Shown: in pieces, positions 37,512-46,130 of the stretch
Layout: each line of letters begins with the position of its first letter
Position numbering within the stretch: position 1 is the first letter of the stretch
Source of the DNA: Verrucomicrobiia bacterium
GTDB lineage: Bacteria > Verrucomicrobiota > Verrucomicrobiia > Limisphaerales > UBA11358
DNA length: 62,984 nucleotides
Assembly: GCA_035652955.1 (NCBI GenBank)
Contig: DASRCU010000206.1
Coordinates: 1 to 62,984, forward strand
Direction of reading: 5' to 3'
The notes under the pieces: generated by a model
The model's database searches: none
Told to the model about the DNA's origin: nothing
The model's input: only the letters and a program-made list of their open reading frames with translations
Position numbers and translations under genes: made by a program

Positions 37512-39224
37512 ATGCCACACATTCATCTTCAAACAGTTGATTACGCGATTCTAGTCAGTTATCTAGCCTTTGTGCTGGGCGTTGGCTGGGCATTGCGCAA
37601 ATCGGTCAACACCGGCGAAGATTTTTTCCTCTCGGGCCGGCGCATTCCCACGTGGACCGCGGGACTGGCTTTCCTCTCGGCTAACCTTGGCGCGCAGGAA
37701 GTCATCGGTATGGGAGCAAGCGGCGCCAAATACGGCATGTTGACCTGCCACTTTTACTGGCTGCCGGCGGTCACAGCGATGGTGTTTCTCGGCGTGTTCA
37801 TGATGCCATTCTATTACGGCTCCAAAGCGCGTTCCGTTCCTGAATATCTGAAGTTGCGGTTTGATGAGAAAACCCGCGGACTGAACGCCTTTACCTTTGC
37901 CACCATGACGATATTTTCATCGGGTATTTCCATGTTTGCGCTGGCAACACTGATGGAGTTGATGTTGGGTTGGAATTTTCACCTGTGCATCTGGCTGTCG
38001 GCGACCATTGTTTTGGTTTACATTTTTCTGGGCGGATTGACTTCTGCGATCTACAATGAAGTACTGCAATTTTTCCTCATCATCATGGGATTCATTCCGT
38101 TATCATATCTCGGCCTCAAAAGCATGGGCGGATGGGAAGGACTGAAACACAAGATAAGCGAAGTTGCCATCGGGGAGGGTTTTGCTTCCAATACTTTGAC
38201 TTCGCTTTGGACACCGCTTAAAGCGCCGTCCGATAACCCAATGGGAGTGGAATGGGCGGGCATGTTAATGGGATTGGGTTTTGTGCTGGCCTGCGGTTAT
38301 TGGTGTACGGATTTTTTGGTCGTGCAACGTGCAATGGCCGCCAGGTCCATGTCCGCCGCACGGCGGGCTCCCCTGATTGCCACGATTCCCAAAATGCTTT
38401 TCCCACTGCTGGTAATACTACCGGGCATGGTGGCCATTAGCTTGAACCATTCACTGCCAGGAGGTTTTTTGCCAAAGACCGCCAATGGTTCTCTCGATTA
38501 CAACTTGGCCACGCCGCTAATGCTGGTGCATTTTTACCCAAACGGTTTGTTGGGACTGGGACTAACTGCCCTTCTTGCGTCGTTTATGTCCGGCATGGCA
38601 GGCAATGTCACTGCTTTTAATACCGTTTGGACTTATGACATATATCAAAGTTACATCCGTCCGAACCAATCGGATCATCATTACCTGCGCGTGGGATACA
38701 TCGCAACCGTGGGCGGAATTTTATTGAGCATCGCGGCGGCATATGCGGCGGCCAAGTTCAACAACATCATGGATTTGTTGCAATTGGTTTTCGCTTTCGT
38801 CAACGCGCCGCTGTTCGCGACTTTTTTATTAGGCATGTTTTGGAAACGCACGACCGGCCACGCCGCATTTTTCGGTCTGCTGGCCGGCACGCTCGCCGCG
38901 ATGATTCATCATGGTCTGACGATTCCGCTGGGGGCAACCACGTGGCTTAAAGGCGGCTGGCTCGGCTATGTACTGCATACTTATCGCAGCGAAATGGCAC
39001 AAAGTTTTTGGACGGCTATCTGGGCGTGGTCAACCTGCTTTGTGACCACGATCATTATTTCGCTGCTGACCCAGCAGCGTAAAACCGACGACGAACTGCG
39101 CGGACTGGTTTATTCGCTGACGCCCAAACAGGTTGATCCTGAAAAACGATGGTGGCTGCGTCCCGGCACGCTCGGAGTGATTTTGGTGGCGGCAGTCGTC
39201 GTGCTGAACATTATCTTCTGGTAA
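37512..39224 (+). CDS. Sodium:solute symporter (SSS/SGLT family)
   Basis: DYAILVSYLAFVLGVGWALRK...EDFFLSGRRIPTWTAGLAFLSANLGAQEVIGMGASGAKYG is the canonical SSS N-terminus, with ~13-14 TM segments. Confidence 0.92.
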   Translation: MPHIHLQTVDYAILVSYLAFVLGVGWALRKSVNTGEDFFLSGRRIPTWTAGLAFLSANLGAQEVIGMGASGAKYGMLTCHFYWLPAVTAMVFLGVFMMPFYYGSKARSVPEYLKLRFDEKTRGLNAFTFATMTIFSSGISMFALATLMELMLGWNFHLCIWLSATIVLVYIFLGGLTSAIYNEVLQFFLIIMGFIPLSYLGLKSMGGWEGLKHKISEVAIGEGFASNTLTSLWTPLKAPSDNPMGVEWAGMLMGLGFVLACGYWCTDFLVVQRAMAARSMSAARRAPLIATIPKMLFPLLVILPGMVAISLNHSLPGGFLPKTANGSLDYNLATPLMLVHFYPNGLLGLGLTALLASFMSGMAGNVTAFNTVWTYDIYQSYIRPNQSDHHYLRVGYIATVGGILLSIAAAYAAAKFNNIMDLLQLVFAFVNAPLFATFLLGMFWKRTTGHAAFFGLLAGTLAAMIHHGLTIPLGATTWLKGGWLGYVLHTYRSEMAQSFWTAIWAWSTCFVTTIIISLLTQQRKTDDELRGLVYSLTPKQVDPEKRWWLRPGTLGVILVAAVVVLNIIFW

Positions 39225-39231
39225 TGCAAAG

Positions 39232-40398
39232 ATGAAAATTATCAACGTCAAAACGTTTCTGGTCGAAGGCCTGAAATACAACTGGACCTTGATTAAAATT
39301 GAAACTGACGCCGGCGTTCACGGATGGGGCGAGGCGACGAACTGGCCGGGTTCGCCGATCATCGAAGCTGCTTGCCAATATGTCGGGAGCTATCTCATCG
39401 GCCAAGACGCGCGACGGGTGGATTTTCTTTGGACAAAAATCTATCGCGACCTGAGCTGGCTCGGTCAAGCCGGACCGCTATTGTCTGCCATCAGCGCCGT
39501 GGACATCGCGCTCTGGGACATCAAAGGCAAAACCATGAACAGGCCGGTCTATGAACTACTCGGCGGCGCGTATCGAAAAAAAATTTTGCTCTACGCAAAT
39601 TATTGGTTCACAGGCGGCAGCCATTCGCCTGCCGATTATGCACGGCAGGCCAGGGAAACCGTAGCGAAGGGTTTCACGGCGTTGAAATTCGATCCGTTTG
39701 CTCATGTGAACTACGTTTACGGAACGGACTTGAGTGACAATAATTCATTGACGGAAAAGCAAAAGCAGCATGCGCTGGATTTGGTCGCAGCGGTGGCGGA
39801 GGCGGTTGGTCCCCAAGTGGCTCTGGCCATTGAGACGCATGCGTTCCTCAACGGCCCGACGGCAGTGGAAATGGCACACCGGCTCGCAAAACTCAATTTC
39901 AATTGCCTGTGGTATGAAGAGCCCGCGCTGCCCGAATTTCCTGCTGAGATCGCAGACATTCGACGACGGATCCCGCTGCCGGTCTGCGTCGGTGAACGGT
40001 TACACAGCCGATTCATGTTGCGAGCAGTTTTGGAACAGCATGCCGCCGACATCGTGATGCCGGACATTACGCGCTGTGGCGGCATCAGCGAGATGCGCAA
40101 GATGGCGAACCTCGCCGAGACGTTCAACGTGCTCGTCGCGCCGCACAATCCTAACGGCCCGATTTCCACCATTGCCTCTGCGCACACGATGGCGACGGTG
40201 CCGAATTTTTGCCGGCAGGAGTTCATGGTCAACGATGTGGCCTGGCGTGACACTTGCCTCTCGCAGCCGTTGCCGGTTGAAAATGGATTCTTCATTCTGC
40301 CTGAACGGCCCGGCCTGGGCTTCGAAATCAACGAGGCGGAACTGTTGAAACATCCTGGAATCCGCGTTCCACCGGCGGACCGTATCTTTTACGTATGA
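39232..40398 (+). CDS. Enolase-superfamily sugar-acid dehydratase (galactonate dehydratase-like, MR/MLE family)
   Basis: MKIINVKTFLV...LIKIETDAGVHGWGEAT...AISAVDIALWDIKGKTMNRPVYELLGG resembles the DgoD-type N-terminal capping domain. A barrel with acidic metal ligands (ALKFDPF, AIETH, WYEEP) follows. Confidence 0.9.
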   Translation: MKIINVKTFLVEGLKYNWTLIKIETDAGVHGWGEATNWPGSPIIEAACQYVGSYLIGQDARRVDFLWTKIYRDLSWLGQAGPLLSAISAVDIALWDIKGKTMNRPVYELLGGAYRKKILLYANYWFTGGSHSPADYARQARETVAKGFTALKFDPFAHVNYVYGTDLSDNNSLTEKQKQHALDLVAAVAEAVGPQVALAIETHAFLNGPTAVEMAHRLAKLNFNCLWYEEPALPEFPAEIADIRRRIPLPVCVGERLHSRFMLRAVLEQHAADIVMPDITRCGGISEMRKMANLAETFNVLVAPHNPNGPISTIASAHTMATVPNFCRQEFMVNDVAWRDTCLSQPLPVENGFFILPERPGLGFEINEAELLKHPGIRVPPADRIFYV

Positions 40399-41099
40399 CC
40401 AAGCCTATAAAAAAACTTTGGCGTGATGACGAGGAGTTGTTCCGGCTTGCGCGGCTTGAATTGTTTACTGCGGTCGTTGGAGACATCATGGACAAGCTGG
40501 GGTATTTGCGACAATTCCTGCCGCCGCAGATCAAGCCCTTGCGCGACGACATGGTGGTTCTCGGCCGTGCAATGACTGTTTTGGAAGCAGATGTTTTGGA
40601 CAGCCAGTCCACGGGCCGGAATCCGGCTTTGAAAAAACCCTTCGGGCTGATGCTGGAAGCGTTGGACGATTTGAAACGGAACGAAGTTTACATCTGTTCT
40701 GGTCCGTCGCCAACGTATGCACTGTGGGGCGAGCTGATGTGCACGCGCGCCGCCAAACTCGGCGCCACCGGCGCGGTTGTAAACGGCTATTTGCGGGACA
40801 CGCGCGGCATTCTCAAAATGAATTTCCCCAGTTTTTCGTGGGGCAGCTACGCGCGGGATCAGGCTCCACGCGGTAAGGTCATTGATTTTCGCGTGCCCCT
40901 GCAAATCGGCGACGTGCTGGTAAATTCCGGCGACATCGTGTTCGGCGATATTGACGGGGTGTGCGTGGTGCCACGCGCAATTGAATGCGAAGTTTTCAGC
41001 AAATCATTGGAAAAAGCGCGCAGCGAAAGGACTGTGAAAAAGGCGTTGGAGCGTGGTCTAACCGCCTGCGAAGCTTTTGATAGATACGGCATTTTATGA
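40395..41099 (+). CDS. RraA/HMG-aldolase (class II, dimethylmenaquinone methyltransferase-fold) family protein
   Basis: ...VVGDIMDKLG...LWGELMCTRAAKLGATGAVVNGYLRDTRGI...FPSFSWG...IVFGDIDGVCVVPR are RraA-like family motifs. Its start overlaps the dehydratase stop (ATGA). Confidence 0.85.
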   Translation: MTKPIKKLWRDDEELFRLARLELFTAVVGDIMDKLGYLRQFLPPQIKPLRDDMVVLGRAMTVLEADVLDSQSTGRNPALKKPFGLMLEALDDLKRNEVYICSGPSPTYALWGELMCTRAAKLGATGAVVNGYLRDTRGILKMNFPSFSWGSYARDQAPRGKVIDFRVPLQIGDVLVNSGDIVFGDIDGVCVVPRAIECEVFSKSLEKARSERTVKKALERGLTACEAFDRYGIL

Positions 41100-41135
41100 A
41101 TAACTCAGTCTCCAAATTAAAGTAAGGGAGTTTCT

Positions 41136-41915
41136 ATGTTAAACATAGATTTGAGCGGAAAAAAGGCGCTGGTCAGCGGCGTTTGCCGGGGCATTGGCTT
41201 AGGCATTGCACGCCAGCTCGCACGGGCTGGCTGCGACGTTGCGGGCTGCGGCTTGAGCAAGGCTAATCAACCAGGCCCCCGCGCCTTTTTAAAGGCCGTG
41301 GCGTCTGAAAACCACCGTGGCGTTTATCAAGCTGTGGATATTACTTTGAAACACGGTCCGCAACAATGGGTTGATCAAGCCTCACGGGCCATCGGCGGGG
41401 TGGATATTTTAGTTTCAAACGCCGGGCGTAATTTTTTCTCAGGCGTCGAAAATTGTGATGATAAAACCTGGAAAAAATGTATTGACCTGAACCTGACAGC
41501 ACACCTGTGGCTGGCCAAGGCAGCCAGACCCTATCTACTAAAATCAGCGCAACCGGTCATCATCATAATCACTTCAAATCATGCGTGGCGAACCATTGCC
41601 GGCTGTTTTCCTTACAACGTCGCCAAAGCGGGACTGGTGGCGATGGTGCAGTCACTTGCTATCGAATTCGGGCCGCGTATCCGCACAGTGGGCATCGCGC
41701 CCGGCTTTATTGACACGCCTAGCAATGACGAATGGTTTAAATCCTTTCCTGACCCCGCGGCAGAACGGGCACGGGCGGAGCAAAAGCATCCCGTGCATCG
41801 CCTGGGAACGGTGGATGAAATCGGCGCTTTATGCGCCTTTTTGGCTAGTAACCACGCGGCCTTTATCTCTGGCACAACTTTGCTGGTAGATGGCGGCGTA
41901 GGTGCACTGATGTGA
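41136..41915 (+). CDS. Short-chain dehydrogenase/reductase (SDR)
   Basis: GKKALVSGVCRGIGLGIA (TGxxxGIG-type Rossmann motif), NAG, and Y..AKAG (YxxxK catalytic motif PYNVAKAG). Confidence 0.9.
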   Translation: MLNIDLSGKKALVSGVCRGIGLGIARQLARAGCDVAGCGLSKANQPGPRAFLKAVASENHRGVYQAVDITLKHGPQQWVDQASRAIGGVDILVSNAGRNFFSGVENCDDKTWKKCIDLNLTAHLWLAKAARPYLLKSAQPVIIIITSNHAWRTIAGCFPYNVAKAGLVAMVQSLAIEFGPRIRTVGIAPGFIDTPSNDEWFKSFPDPAAERARAEQKHPVHRLGTVDEIGALCAFLASNHAAFISGTTLLVDGGVGALM

Positions 41916-42004
41916 AAGCGTTCTGCTCATAGCTGATTTCTAAATATGACTTAAATCATGTCAGGCCAAAGATGCCGATGACTGAGCAACCAAAGAAATG
42001 ACCT

Positions 42005-42883
42005 ATGCAGGCTAATGCCGAACTGGTTCTCGATGCCAGAGCGACGTTGGGTGAATGCCCCGTTTGGGACGCCCGCCGGGAAAAACTTTACTGGGTGGAT
42101 ATTCTTGAAAGAAAACTTCATGAGTTTGATGTTTCGACCGGGCGTGATCGCGCATTCAACACCGGACAATTCATTGGCAGTCTGGCAATCCGTAAAAAAG
42201 GTGGATTGGTTCTCGGCCTGCATCACGGTTTCGGATTTTTTAATTTACGAACGCAAAAAATTCAACCAATTTGTGAGCCAGAAGCCTTGCGTCCTGACAA
42301 TCGGTTCAACGATGGAAAATGCGATCCTGCCGGACGTTTCTGGGCTGGTTCCATGGATTGTGATGCTCGACCTCGGCAAGGGAGCCTTTTCTGTCTGGAC
42401 ACCAACCACAACGTCCGGAGAGTCTTGCGAAATCTCTCTATCCCCAACGGCATCACTTGGAGTCAGGATGGAGAGATAATGTTCTTCATAGATTCCGCTT
42501 TTCCCATTGTGTGGGCTTTCGATTACGATCCGGCCTCCGGCCGTATCTCCCGTCGACGACCAGTTATTCGAATTTCTTCCCGTGAAGGGGTGCCGGATGG
42601 GATGACGATTGACGCTGAAGGCATGCTCTGGGTGGCGTTGTGGGGCGGCGGCTGTATTACACAATGGAATCCAAAAAATGGGAATCTGCTTCGGAAGATC
42701 CCGCTGCCTGTTTCGCTGGTTTCTTCCTGCACCTTTGGCGGGCCGGGTTTGAGGGATTTGTATGTTACTTCAGCCCGGATGTCCCTGAAGCCATCGGCCT
42801 TGAGTCGCGAACCACTGGCAGGCGGTATCTTTCGCTTACAGCCCGGTGTCTCAGGAATTCCTGATTATTTTTTTGGCGGCTAG
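42005..42883 (+). CDS. SMP-30/gluconolactonase/LRE-family sugar lactonase
   Basis: LGECPVWDARREKLYWVDI...RFNDGKCDPAGRFWAGSM...PNGITWS...PDGMTIDAEGMLWVALWGG are typical six-bladed propeller lactonase motifs. Confidence 0.9.
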   Translation: MQANAELVLDARATLGECPVWDARREKLYWVDILERKLHEFDVSTGRDRAFNTGQFIGSLAIRKKGGLVLGLHHGFGFFNLRTQKIQPICEPEALRPDNRFNDGKCDPAGRFWAGSMDCDARPRQGSLFCLDTNHNVRRVLRNLSIPNGITWSQDGEIMFFIDSAFPIVWAFDYDPASGRISRRRPVIRISSREGVPDGMTIDAEGMLWVALWGGGCITQWNPKNGNLLRKIPLPVSLVSSCTFGGPGLRDLYVTSARMSLKPSALSREPLAGGIFRLQPGVSGIPDYFFGG

Positions 42884-42920
42884 GAACGCCGGGCTGGAAA
42901 GCGTGACATTTCGCAGGTAA

Positions 42921-43425
42921 GAGCGTGTCTGAAAATGCCTGACCTGGACGACGGATGACCAGGGCGGGGAGCCAATTATGGTGGGATGACTGGCAACCTT
43001 TATCCGACCGACTTGACCGACCCGGAATGGGAATACCTTCAACCCCTGCTTCCGTCTCTGGATCCGCGACGGCAGTTGGGCGGCCTCAACGAAGTGTGGC
43101 GCCGGGAAGTCCGCGCTGCCGCGGGAAAGCGCGCTCAACCGATGGCGCCCATTCTCGACAGTCAAACGGTTGGCGCCGCCGCTCATTGCCAGACTGGCTC
43201 GCTCCCAGTCCAGGTTGTGCCGCGAAATCCGCCGTCGCTTTGTTGTCCTGACCAAACGGCGGATCATCGAGCGCACGTTCGGTTGGTTGATGAAACATCG
43301 CCGACTGGTGCGCCACTGCGAAGTCAAACCCGAAGACGCCGAGGCTTGGATTTACCTCGCGCTTATCGCGCATCATGCTCCGCAGGATCGTTTAATCTTA
43401 TGTCAAGCATTTTTCAGACACGCTC
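42921..43425 (+). mobile_element. 505-bp internally deleted IS5-family (IS427-group-like) element with intact terminal inverted repeats
   Basis: The TIRs are GAGCGTGTCTGAAAATGC (42921..42938) and GCATTTTTCAGACACGCTC (43407..43425), reverse complements except for one extra T. Only transposase scraps lie inside: LYPTDLTDPEWEYLQPLLPS, ILDSQTV, and in another frame FVVLTKRRIIERTFGWLMKHRRLVRHCE. Confidence 0.8.
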
Positions 43426-43803
43426 TGAGAATGGCCAGCAAATTCCCGCCGTCATCTACGAACCGCACCACGCTCACCGGGTTGGTGCTGAAGCCGCTTC
43501 CGTTCCATTGATGCACCGCCTTGCGAATGCGCCGGCCAGTCATACGCCAAATCCAGTTTCAACCGGTTGGTGTTGGCCATCCCCATGACGTTCGTCATAT
43601 TCATGGAAATGAGCCGATTCTCGTTTCCCCGGCCAGGCGCGACCGGGAGGGTCCAGTCCAGCCCCGGACAAAACGCCCAAATGCCGCGAAAGAATTTTCA
43701 TCCGCGTGAGGCGTTGCCGCTGCTGCGAGTGTGCCGGTTTTGGCGCGATGCCGGGCGATGATTTCGGAGAGGACGCAGCTTGTGCGGGGGCGGGGCGGGG
43801 TTT

Positions 43804-44496
43804 ATGCTGGACGCCATGAGTGATTCCGCTTCGTTCATCCGGGAGGATCCGTGGCGCATTTTTCGCATCATGGCCGAGTTTGTGGATTCGTTCCAGACGT
43901 TGTCTCAAGTGGGGCCAGCGGTGACGATCTTCGGTTCGGCGCGGGTCAAGCCCGATGACAAGTATTATCGTGCGGCGATGGCGATTGCCAAGGGGCTGGC
44001 GCAACATAACCTGGCCGTCATTACCGGCGGCGGGCCGGGCATCATGGAGGCAGCCAACAAAGGAGCGGCGCTGGGGGGCGGAAAATCGGTGGGGCTGAAT
44101 ATCGAATTGCCCCAGGAACAAAAAGGCAACCGCTACGCGAACATTCCGCTGCACTTCCATTATTTCTTCGCGCGCAAGGTGTGTTTCGTGAAATACAGCC
44201 TGGGTTTCGTTTACATGCCGGGCGGTTTCGGCACGCTGGACGAATTTTTTGAAGTCATGACGCTGGTGCAGACCGAGCGTATCCCGCAATTCCCGCTGAT
44301 TCTCTTCGGCAAAAGCCATTGGAAGGGGCTGGTGCAGTGGATGAAAACCGAACTGGCCGGGCGCAAGCAGTACATTGCGCCGCGCGACCTGGAACTGTTC
44401 AGAATGACGGACGAACCGGACGAAGCAATTCGCATCATTCTGGATTACGAACGCCACGTGGGAGCGCCCAGCGCCATGCCCAAAGCGTTCGCGTAG
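43804..44496 (+). CDS. LOG-family / TIGR00730 Rossmann-fold nucleotide-binding protein (nucleoside 5'-monophosphate phosphoribohydrolase-like)
   Basis: VTIFGSAR...ITGGGPGIMEAANKGA...GLNIELPQEQ...MPGGFGTLDEFFE are the PGGxGTxxE and GGGxGxM LOG signatures. I chose the ATG at 43804. Confidence 0.88.
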   Translation: MLDAMSDSASFIREDPWRIFRIMAEFVDSFQTLSQVGPAVTIFGSARVKPDDKYYRAAMAIAKGLAQHNLAVITGGGPGIMEAANKGAALGGGKSVGLNIELPQEQKGNRYANIPLHFHYFFARKVCFVKYSLGFVYMPGGFGTLDEFFEVMTLVQTERIPQFPLILFGKSHWKGLVQWMKTELAGRKQYIAPRDLELFRMTDEPDEAIRIILDYERHVGAPSAMPKAFA

Positions 44497-44531
44497 TCTC
44501 TCGAATCGCTTGACCGGCCCGGTGAAGGACC

Positions 44532-46034
44532 ATGCGCCCGTTGATTCAGGAAATTCAAACTCCGCATACGCCCGAGACGCTCGTCGAACAACTGCAGCAC
44601 GGGGAGGAGCGGGGGCGGCAGGTCGTTTTGTTGCGCACGGGGTCGTTCGATTCGCCTTCGGCGCGGTATTCGTTCGTGGCCGCCAATCCGTTTCTGATTT
44701 TCCGCTCCTTCGGTTCGCGCTGCGAGATCATGCCCGGCGCCTCGTCCCGCACCCCGGACGTGCATTTTGGCAATCCGTGGCAGGTGCTCGACGCGCTGTT
44801 GGCGCGTTGCGAGGTGTGGGATGAAATGGACCTGCCGTTTCCGGTGGGGGGCGCCTTGGGTTATTGGGGTTACGATCTGAAAAATTTTCTGGAACCGAAG
44901 CTGCCGCGCCGCGCGCTCCACGACCTGGAACTGCCCGATTGTCACGTGGGCTTTTATCCCAGCCTGATGGTGTTCGACCATGCGCTGGGGAAGGTGTTTG
45001 GGGTGGCCACCGGCTTGAACGCCGACGGTTCGCGCAGCGAGAAAACGGCGCGCGAACAGTTGGAATTCTGGACGAACGCGGCCAGCCGTTTCTCCGCTCC
45101 GGCGCGGCCCGGTGCGCCGTTTCCTCCGTCGGCGGCCCGGTTGGGCCGCGCCCCGGTGCGGTCAAATTTTTCCCGCGCCGGTTTTCTGGACGCCGTCAAG
45201 CGGGCGCAACAATACATCCGCACCGGCCACATTTATCAGGTCAACCTCTCGCATCGGCTGACGGTAGAGGCGGGGATGGCCGGTTGGGAATTTTTCCAAA
45301 GGCTCCATGCCGTTTCGCCGGCGCCCTTCGCAGCGTTTTTTGACTGCGGCGATTTTCAACTCGCCTCGTCTTCGCCCGAACTGTTTCTGCGTTTAAGCGG
45401 GGCGCACCTGGTTACGCGGCCCATCAAAGGCACGCGCCCGCGGGGCGCCGATCCGACGCGCGATGCGCAACTGGCTTACGAATTGCAGACCAGCGCCAAG
45501 GAACTGGCCGAACTGGTGATGATCACCGATTTGTTGCGCAATGACCTGGGCAAATTCTGTGAATTCGGTTCGGTGCAGACGCCGGAAATTGCCCGGTTGG
45601 AAAAATTTGCGGCGGTGCAGCATCTGGTTTCCACCGTCGAAGGCCGCCTCCGTCCAGGCGTCACCCACCTGGCGGCGCTGGCGGCCTGTTTCCCCGGCGG
45701 CAGCGTGACCGGCGCACCCAAATTCCGCGCCATGGAGATTATTGATGAACTGGAACCGGTGGCGCGCGGGCCGTATTGCGGTGCCCACGGCTACCTGGGT
45801 TTCAACCGCGAAAGCCAGTTGAGCATCACGATTCGTACCGCGGTGTGTACGCGGGAAAAAATTCACTTCCACGTCGGCGCCGGCATCGTGGCCGACTCGC
45901 AGCCGGAGGCGGAGTATCAAGAAACGCTCGACAAAGCCGCCGGCTTTCTGGCGGCGCTCGCACCGGGGCCGGCGCAGCCGGCAGCCTCCGCCAGGGAACG
46001 CTTTGAGGTCGTCAAAGAACCGGATTTCCCATGA
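44532..46034 (+). CDS. pabB: Aminodeoxychorismate synthase component I (chorismate-binding enzyme)
   Basis: ...GHIYQVNLSHRL..., FPGGSVTGAPKFRAMEIIDELEPVARGPYCGAHGYLGFN...SITIRT are the chorismate-utilising TrpE/PabB core. It is followed by a PabC-like gene. Confidence 0.85.
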   Translation: MRPLIQEIQTPHTPETLVEQLQHGEERGRQVVLLRTGSFDSPSARYSFVAANPFLIFRSFGSRCEIMPGASSRTPDVHFGNPWQVLDALLARCEVWDEMDLPFPVGGALGYWGYDLKNFLEPKLPRRALHDLELPDCHVGFYPSLMVFDHALGKVFGVATGLNADGSRSEKTAREQLEFWTNAASRFSAPARPGAPFPPSAARLGRAPVRSNFSRAGFLDAVKRAQQYIRTGHIYQVNLSHRLTVEAGMAGWEFFQRLHAVSPAPFAAFFDCGDFQLASSSPELFLRLSGAHLVTRPIKGTRPRGADPTRDAQLAYELQTSAKELAELVMITDLLRNDLGKFCEFGSVQTPEIARLEKFAAVQHLVSTVEGRLRPGVTHLAALAACFPGGSVTGAPKFRAMEIIDELEPVARGPYCGAHGYLGFNRESQLSITIRTAVCTREKIHFHVGAGIVADSQPEAEYQETLDKAAGFLAALAPGPAQPAASARERFEVVKEPDFP

Positions 46035-46130
46035 CCGCGGGGCGCTTCGACTGCGTCTTGCGGAACTTGAGAAAAATTTCCGCGGAGGCGATGGACAGAG
46101 TGATGGGAAAACGGCCCAATCGCAACATCA

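Noticed and set aside
43540-44457. 305-aa minus-strand ORF.
   Set aside because: It is antisense to the LOG-family gene, and its upstream part overlaps IS-flanking DNA. The composition is that of a shadow frame.
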